DNA of 64,000 bases from Eledone cirrhosa (lineage: Eukaryota): assembly GCA_964016885.1 (NCBI GenBank), contig OZ024740.1:137516001-137580000 (forward strand), written 5' to 3'. Position 1 is the stretch's first letter. Every line of letters starts with the position of its first letter. Both the position numbers and the translations under genes were made by a program. The notes under the pieces were generated by a model, which was given only the letters and a program-made list of their open reading frames with translations, had not been told where the DNA came from and did not search any database. This document shows positions 56,101-64,000 of the stretch, piece by piece.

Positions 56101-59100
56101 AATCTCCAATTCTCTCTTTCTCTTATCACTTTTCTCTCCATCTCCAATTCTCTCTTTCTCTTCTCACTTTTCCCCCAATCTCCAATTCTCTCTTTCTCTT
56201 CTCACTTTTCCCCCAATCTCCAATTCTCTCTTTCTCTCATCACTTTTCTCTCAATCTCCAATTCTCTCTTTCTCTTATCACTTTTCTCTCACTCTCCAAT
56301 TCTCTATTTCTCTTATGACTTTTCCCCCAATCCCCAATTCTCTCTTTCTATTATCAATTTTCTCTCAATCTCCATTTCTTTCTTTCTCTAATCACTTTTC
56401 CCCCAATCTCCAATTCTCTCTCTTTCTCTTAACACTTTTCTCTCAATCTCCAATTCTCTCTTTCTCATATCACTTTTCCCCCAATCTCCAATTCTCTCTT
56501 TCTCTTCTCACTTTTCTCTGAATCTCCAATTCTCGCTTTGTCTTCTCACTTTTCTGTCAATCTCCAATCCTCTCTTTCTGTTCTCAGTTTACCCCCTATC
56601 TCCAACTCTCTCTTTCTCTCATCACTTTTCTATCAATCTCCAATTCTCTCTTTCTCTTATCACTTTTCCCCCATCTCCAATTCTCTCTTTCTCTTATCAC
56701 TTTTCTCTCAATCTCCAATTCTCTCTTTCTCTTATCACTTTTCTCTCAATCTCCAATTCTCTCTTTCTCTTATCACTTTTCTCTCAATCTCCAATTCTCT
56801 CTTTCTCTTATCACTTTTCTCTCAATCTCCAATTCTCTCTTTCTCTTATCACTTTTCTCTCAATCTCCAATTCTCTCTTTCTCTTATCACTTTTCCCCCA
56901 ATCTCCAATTCTCTCTTTCTCTTATCACTTTTCTCTCACTCTCCAATTCTCTCTTTCTATTATCACTTTTCCCCCAATCTCCAATTCTCTCTTTCTCTTA
57001 TCAATTTTCTCTCAATCTCCAATTCTTTCTTTCTCTAATCACTTTTCCCCCAATCTCCAATTCTCTCTTTCTCTTATCACTTTTCTCTCAATCTCCAATT
57101 CTCCTTTTCACTTATCACTTTTTCTCAATCTCCATTCCTCTCTTTCTATTCACACTCTTCCCCCAATCTCCAATTCTCTCTTTCTCTTCTCACATTTCCC
57201 CCAATCTCCAATCCTCTCTTTCTCTCATCACTTTTCTCTCAATCTCCAATTCTCTCTTTCTGTTATCAATTTTCTCTCAATCTCCAATTCTTTCTTTCTC
57301 TTATCACTTTTCTCTCAAATTCCAATTCTCTCTTTCACTTATCACTTTTTTCTCAATCTCCAATTCTCTCTTTCTCTTATCACTTTTCTCTCAATCTCCA
57401 ATTCTCTCTTTCTCTTATCACTTTTCTCCCAATCTCCAATTCTCTCTTTCTATTATCACTTTTCTCTCAATCTCAAATTCTCTCTTTCTCTTATCACTTT
57501 TCTCTCCATCTCCAAGTCTCTCTTTCTCTTATCACTTTTCTCTCAATCTCCAAATCTCTCTTTCTCTTCTCACTTTTCTCCCAATCTCCAATTCTCTCTT
57601 TCTCTTCTCAATTTTCCCCCAATCTCCAATTCTCTCTTTCTCTCATCACTTTTCTCTCAATCTCCAATTCTCTCTTTCTCTTATCACTTTTCTCTCAATC
57701 TCCAATTCTCTCTTTCTCTTATCACTTTTCTCTCAATCTCCAATTCTCTCTTTCCCTTATCACTTTTCTCTCAATCTCCAATTCTCTCTTCCTGAAATCA
57801 CTTTTCTCTCAATCTCCTATTCTCTCTTTCTCTTATCACTTTTCTCTCACTCTCCAATTCTCTCTTTCTCTTATGACTTTTCCCCCAATCTCCAATTCTA
57901 TCTTTCTCTTATCCCTTTTCTCTCAATCTCCAATTCTCTCTTTCTTTTCTCACTTTTCCCCCAACCTCCAATTCTCTCTTTCTCTTCACACTTTTCCCCC
58001 AATCTCCAATTCTCTCTTTCTCTTATCACTTTTCCCCCAATCTCTAATTCTCTCTTTCTCTTATCCCTTTTCTCTCAATCTCCAATTCTCTCTTTCTTTT
58101 CTCACTTTTCCCCCAACCTCCAATTCTCTCTTTCTCTCATCACTTTTCTCTCAATCTCCAATTCTCTCTTTCTCTTATCACTTTTCTCTCCATCTCCAAT
58201 TCTCTCTTTCTCTTATCACTTTTCTCTCAATCTCCAAATCTCTCTTTCTCTTCTCACTTTTCCCCCAATCTCCAATTCTCTCTTTCTCTTCTCACTTTTC
58301 CCCCAATCTCCAATTCTCTCTTTCCCTCATCACTTTTCTCTCAATCTCCAATTCTCGCTTTGTCTTCTCACTTTTCTGTCAATCTCCAATCCTCTCTTTC
58401 TGTTCTCAGTTTACCCCCTATCTCCAACTCTCTCTTTCTCTCATCACTTTTCTATCAATCTCCAATTCTCTCTTTCTCTTATCACTTTTCCCCCATCTCC
58501 AATTCTCTCTTTCTCTTATCACTTTTCTCTCAATCTCCAATTCTCTCTTTCTCTTATCACTTTTCTCTCAATCTCCAATTCTCTCTTTCTCTTATCACTT
58601 TTTTCTCAATCTCCAATTCTCTCTTTCTCTTATCACTTTTCCCCCATCTCCAATTCTCTTTTTCTCTTATCACTTTTCTCTCAATCTCCAATTCTCTCTT
58701 TCTCTTATCACTTTTCTCTCAATCTCCAATTCTCTCTTTCTCTTATCACTTTTCTCTCAATCTCCAATTCTCTCTTTCTCTTATCACTTTTCCCCCAATC
58801 TCCAATTCTCTCTTTCTCTTATCACTTTTCTCTCACTCTCCAATTCTCTCTTTCTATTATCACTTTTCCCCCAATCTCCAATTCTCTCTTTCTCTTATCA
58901 ATTTTCTCTCAATCTCCAATTCTTTCTTTCTCTAATCACTTTTCCCCCAATCTCCAATTCTCTCTTTCTCTTATCACTTTTCTCTCAATCTCCAATTCTC
59001 CTTTTCACTTATCACTTTTTCTCAATCTCCATTTCTCTCTTTCTATTCTCACTCTTCCCCCAATCTCCAATTCTCTCTTTCTCTTCTCACATTTCCCCCA

Positions 59101-60350
59101 ATCTCCAATTCTCTCTTTCTCTCATCACTTTTCTCTCAATCTCCAATTCTCTCTTTCTGTTATCAATTTTCTCTCAATCTCCAATTCTTTCTTTCTCTTA
59201 TCACTTTTCTCTCAAATTCCAATTCTCTCTTTCACTTATCACTTTTTTCTCAATCTCCAATTCTCTCTTTCTCTTATCACTTTTCTCTCAATCTCCAATT
59301 CTCTCTTTCTCTTATCACTTTTCTCCCAATCTCCAATTCTCTCTTTCTATTATCACTTTTCTCTCAATCTCCAATTCTCTCTTTCTCTTATCACTTTTCT
59401 CTCCATCTCCAAGTCTCTCTTTCTCTTATCACTTTTCTCTCAATCTCCAATTCTCTCTTTCTGTTATCAATTTTCTCTCAATCTCCAATTCTTTCTTTCT
59501 CTTATCACTTTTCTCTCAAATTCCAATTCCCTCTTTCTCTTATCACTTTTCTCTCAATCTCTAATTCTCTCTTTCTCTTATCACTTTTCTCTCAATCTCC
59601 AATTCTCTCTTTCTCTTATCACTTTTCCCCCAATCTCCAATTCTCTCTTTCTCTTATCACTTTTCTCTCAATCTCCAATTCTCTCTTTCTCTTATCACTT
59701 TTCCCCCAATCTCCAATTCTCTCTTTCTCTTATCACTTTTCTCTCACTCTCCAATTCTCTATTTCTCTTATGACTTTTCCCCCAATCCCCAATTCTCTCT
59801 TTCTATTATCAATTTTCTCTCAATCTCCAATTCTTTCTTTCTCTAATCACTTTTCCCCCAATCTCCAATTCTCTCTCTTTCTCTTATCACTTTTCTCTCA
59901 ATCTCCAATTCTCTCTTTCTCTTATCACTTTTCCCCCAATCTCCAATTCTCTCTTTCTCTTCTCACTTTTCTCTGAATCTCCAATTCTCTCTATGTCTTC
60001 TCACTTTTCTGTCAATCTCCAATCCTCTCTTTCTGTTCTCAGTTTACCCCCTATCTCCAATTCTCTCTTTCTCTCATCACTTTTCTCTCAATCTCCAATT
60101 CTCTCTTTCTCTTATCACTTTTCCCCCATCTCCAATTCTCTCTTTCTCTTATCACTTTTCTCTCAATCTCCAACTCTCTCTTTCTCTTATCACTTTTCTC
60201 TTAATCTCCAATTCTCTCTTTCTCTTATCACTTTTCTCTCAATCTCCAATTCTCTCTTTCTCTTATCACTTTTCTCTCAATCTCCAATTCTCTCTTTCTC
60301 TTATCACTTTACTCTCAATCTCCAATTCTCTCTTTCTCCTATCACTTTTC
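35200..60350. repeat. Higher-order repeat domain: ~5.3-5.4 kb unit (~140 monomers) of three related 1.6-1.9 kb subunits, about 4.5 copies
   Basis: Subunit-A marker (CTATGTCTTC) ORF starts are 37101, 42416, 49247, 54676 and 59993 (spacings 5315, 6831, 5429, 5317). The ATGACTTTTGCCCC variant is at 38245, 43598, 50429 and 55821. Confidence 0.9.
43920..46800. repeat. Extra ~1443-bp subunit copy lengthening one HOR unit to 6831 bp
   Basis: ORF starts 44092/45535 and 44315/45758 both differ by 1443. 6831 minus 1443 is 5388, which matches the other units. Confidence 0.85.
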
Positions 60351-61719
60351 CCCCAATCTCCAATTCTCTCTTTCTCTTATCACTTTTCTCTCAATCTCCA
60401 ATTCTCGCTTTCTCTTATCACTTTTCTCTCAATCTCCAATTCTCTCTTTCTCAAATGACTTTTCTCTCAATCTCCTATTCTCTCTTTCTATTATCACTTT
60501 TCTCTCAATCTCCAAATCCCTCTTTCTCTTATCATTTTTCTCTCAATCTCTAATTATCTCTTTCTCTTATCACTTTTCTCTCAATCTCCAATTCTCTCTT
60601 TCTCTTATCACTTTTCTCTCAATCTCCAATTCTCTCTTTCTCTTATCACTTTTCCCCCCAATCTCCAATTCTCTCTTTCTCTTATCACTTTTCTCTCACT
60701 CTCCAATTCTCTCTTTCTCTTATGACTTTTCCCCCAATCTCCAATTCTCTTTTTCTCTTATCCCTTTTCTCTCAATCTCCAATTCTCTCTTTCTTTTCTC
60801 AATTTTCCCCCAATCTCCAATTCTCTCTTTCTCTTCACGATTTTCCCCCAATCTCCAATTCTCTCTTTCTCTTATCACTTTTCCCCCAATCTCCAATTCT
60901 CTCTTTCTCTTATCCCTTTTCTCTCAATCTCCAATTCTCTCAATCTCTTATCACTTTTCTCTCAATCTCTAATTCCCTCTTTCTCTTATCACTTTTCTCT
61001 CAATCTCCAATTCTCTCTTTCTCTTATCACTTTTCCCCCAATCTCCAATTCTCTCTTTCTCTTATCACTTTTCTCTCAATCTCCAATTCTCTCTTTCTCT
61101 TATCACTTTTCCCCCAATCTCCAATTCTCTCTTTCTCTTATCACTTTTCTCTCACTCTCCAATTCTCTATTTCTCTTATGAATTTTCCCCCAATCCCCAA
61201 TTCTCTCTTTCTCTTATCATTTTTCTCTCAATCTCCAATTCTCTCTTTCTCTTATCACTTTTCCCCCAATCTCCAATTCTCTCTTTCTCTTATCACTTTT
61301 CTCTCAATCTCCAATTCTCTCTTTCTCTCATCACTTTTCCCCCAATCTCCAATTCTCTCTTTCTCTTATCACTTTTCCCTCACTCTCCAATTCTCTATTT
61401 CTCTTATGACTTTTCCCCCAATCCCCAATTCTCTCTTTCTATTATCAATTTTCTCTCAATCTCCAATTCTTTCTTTTTCTAATCACTTTTCCCCCAATCT
61501 CCAATTCTCTCTCTTTCTCTTATCACTTTTCTCTCAATCTCCAATTCTCTCTTTCTCTTATCACTTTTCCCCCAATCTCCAATTCTCTCTTTCTCTTCTC
61601 ACTTTTCTCTGAATCTCCAATTCTCTCTTTGTCTTCTCACTTTTCTGTCAATCTCCAATCCTCTCTTTCTGTTCTCAGTTTACCCCCTATCTCCAATTCT
61701 CTCTTTCTCTCATCACTTT

Positions 61720-62850
61720 TCTATCAATCTCCAATTCTCTCTTTCTCTTATCACTTTTCCCCCATCTCCAATTCTCTCTTTCTCTTATCACTTTTCTCTC
61801 AATCTCCAATTCTCTCTTTCTCTTATCACTTTTCTCTCAATCTCCAATTCTCTCTTTCTCTTATCACTTTTCTCTCAATCTCCAATTCTCTCTTTCTCTT
61901 ATCACTTTTCTCTCAATCTCCAATTCTCTCTTTCTCTTATCACTTTTCTCTCAATCTCCAATTCTCTCTTTCTCTTATCACTTTTCCCCCAATCTCCAAT
62001 TCTCTCTTTCTCTTATCACTTTTCCCCCAATCTCCAATTCTCTCTTTCTCTTATCAATTTTCTCTCAATCTCCAATTCTTTCTTTCTCTAATCACTTTTC
62101 CCCCAATCTCCAATTCTCTCTTTCTCTTATCACTTTTCTCTCAATCTCCAATTCTCCTTTTCACTTATCACTTTTTCTCAATCTCCATTTCTCTCTTTCT
62201 ATTCTCACTCTTCCCCCAATCTCCAATTCTCTCTTTCTCTTCTCACATTTCCCCCAATCTCCAATTCTCTCTTTCTCTCATCACTTTTCTCTCAATCTCC
62301 AATTCTCTCTTTCTCTTATCACTTTTCCCCCATCTCCAATTCTCTCTTTCTCTTATCACTTTTCTCTCAATCTCCAATTCTCTCTTTCTCTTATCACTTT
62401 TCTCTCAATCTCCAATTCTCTCTTTCTCTTATCACTTTTCTCTCAATCTCCAATTCTCTCTTTCTCTTATCACTTTTCCCCCAATCTCCAATTCTCTCTT
62501 TCTCTTATCACTTTTCTCTCACTCTCCAATTCTCTCTTTCTATTATCACTTTTCCCCCAATCTCCAATTCTCTCTTTCTCTTATCAATTTTCTCTCAATC
62601 TCCAATTCTTTCTTTCTCTAATCACTTTTCCCCCAATCTCCAATTCTCTCTTTCTCTTATCACTTTTCTCTCAATCTCCAATTCTCCTTTTCACTTATCA
62701 CTTTTTCTCAATCTCCATTTCTCTCTTTCTATTCTCACTCTTCCCCCAATCTCCAATTCTCTCTTTCTCTTCTCACATTTCCCCCAATCTCCAATTCTCT
62801 CTTTCTCTCATCACTTTTCTCTCAATCTCCAATTCTCTCTTTCTGTTATC
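61720..62850. repeat. Tandem duplication with 530-bp period (14 monomers)
   Basis: CTTTCTTTCTCTAA ends at 62091 and 62621, each followed by the same CCTTTTCAC / CCATTTCTC / CACATTTCC variant series. Confidence 0.8.
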
Positions 62851-64000
62851 AATTTTCTCTCAATCTCCAATTCTTTCTTTCTCTTATCACTTTTCTCTCA
62901 AATTCCAATTCTCTCTTTCACTTATCACTTTTTTCTCAATCTCCAATTCCCTCTTTCTCTTATCACTTTTCTCTCAATCTCCTATTCTCTCTTTCTCTTA
63001 TCACTTTTCTCCCAATCTCCAATTCTCTCTTTCTATTATCACTTTTCTCTCAATCTCCAATTCTCTCTTTCTCTTATCACTTTTCTCTCCATCTCCAAGT
63101 CTCTCTTTCTCTTATCACTTTTCTCTCAATCTCCAAATCTCTCTTTCTCTTCTCACTTTTCTCCCAATCTCCAATTCTCTCTTTCTCTTCTCACTTTTCC
63201 CCCAATCTCCAATTCTCTCTTTCTCTCATCACTTTTCTCTCAATCTCCAATTCTCTCTTTCTCTTATCACTTTTCTCTCAATCTCCAATTCTCTCTTTCT
63301 CTTATCACTTTTCCCCCATCTCCAATTCTCTCTTTCTCTTATCACTTTTCTCTCAATCTCCAATTCTCTCTTTCCCTTATCACTTTTCTCTCAATCTCCA
63401 ATTCTCTCTTCCTGAAATCACTTTTCTCTCAATCTCCTATTCTCTCTTTCTCTTATCACTTTTCTCTCACTCTCCAATTCTCTCTTTCTCTTATGACTTT
63501 TCCCCCAATCTCCAATTCTATCTTTCTCTTATCCCTTTTCTCTCAATCTCCAATTCTCTCTTTCTTTTCTCACTTTTCCCCCAACCTCCAATTCTCTCTT
63601 TCTCTTCACACTTTTCCCCCAATCTCCAATTCTCTCTTTCTCTTATCACTTTTCCCCCAATCTCTAATTCTCTCTTTCTCTTATCCCTTTTCACTCAATC
63701 TCCAATTCTCTCTTTCTTTTCTCACTTTTCCCCCAACCTCCAATTCTCTCTTTCTCTCATCACTTTTCTCTCAATCTCCAATTCTCTCTTTCTCTTATCA
63801 CTTTTCTCTCCATCTCCAATTCTCTCTTTCTCTTATCACTTTTCTCTCAATCTCCAAATCTCTCTTTCTCTTCTCACTTTTCCCCCAATCTCCAATTCTC
63901 TCTTTCTCTTCTCACTTTTCCCCCAATCTCCAATTCTCTCTTTCCCTCATCACTTTTCTCTCAATCTCCAATTCTCTCTTTCTCTTATCACTTTTCTCTC

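Larger units (their letters stand above)
1..64000. repeat. Tandem satellite array, 38-bp monomer CAATCTCCAATTCTCTCTTTCTCTTATCACTTTT(CTCT/CCCC), single orientation, running off both window ends
   Basis: CAATCTCCAATT recurs every 38 bp throughout; near-pure consensus runs lie at about 17880-18000 and 61760-61950. Translations repeat every 38 aa (3 monomers = 114 bp). The consensus has 19 T, 13 C, 6 A and 0 G. Occasional 37-, 39-, 40- and 16-bp monomers occur. Confidence 0.99.

Noticed and set aside
298-62621. All + strand ORFs (up to 1430 aa) as protein-coding genes
   Set aside because: They are translations of the 38-bp repeat, overlap in several frames, start at sporadic ATG or alternative-start variants and have no unique domain. 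Homologous blocks differ by frameshifts.
1-64000. CRISPR array (38 bp is within the repeat size range)
   Set aside because: Monomers are directly adjacent with no unique spacers, no palindromic repeat, no leader and no cas genes.
1-64000. Telomeric repeat (TTTTCCCC; CCCTAA in the rare diverged monomer)
   Set aside because: TTTTCCCC corresponds to G4A4, not ciliate T4G4/C4A4. CCCTAA appears only as isolated single copies and never in tandem.
1-64000. Canonical G-quadruplexes on the - strand
   Set aside because: The G5 tracts are at least 33 nt apart, far beyond usual loop lengths, and are often separated by CTCT-type monomers.
1-64000. Embedded transposon, RNA gene, terminator hairpin or inversion
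   Set aside because: I saw no non-satellite or purine-rich segment on the + strand, and the near absence of G precludes stable stems. A very short insertion could have been missed by eye.
1-64000. Nucleosome-phased 4-mer (152 bp) or 5-mer (190 bp) periodicity
   Set aside because: The lengths are suggestive, but variant monomers do not recur at a regular 4- or 5-monomer period apart from local 190-bp duplications.

Overview
The whole 64 kb window is one uninterrupted, head-to-tail tandem satellite array. The monomer is 38 bp, consensus CAATCTCCAATTCTCTCTTTCTCTTATCACTTTTCTCT, with a common variant ending TTTTCCCC; by length there are about 1,680 copies. I saw no unique sequence, inversion, RNA gene, transposon or credible protein-coding gene. 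The long F/L/S-rich ORFs are a by-product of an almost G-free + strand whose consensus has no stop codon in any frame. The real structure is hierarchical: 7-8 bp subrepeats inside the monomer, diagnostic variant monomers in a conserved order, nested tandem duplications from 37 bp to about 5.6 kb, a layered A-B-A domain layout, and a three-part ~5.3-5.4 kb higher-order repeat (HOR) in the right half. This fits eukaryotic heterochromatic, possibly (peri)centromeric or subtelomeric, satellite DNA. I cannot assign an organism or a named family, and I found no evidence of a new gene system. Offsets were read by eye from marker variants and ORF-track coordinates, so block boundaries are approximate.
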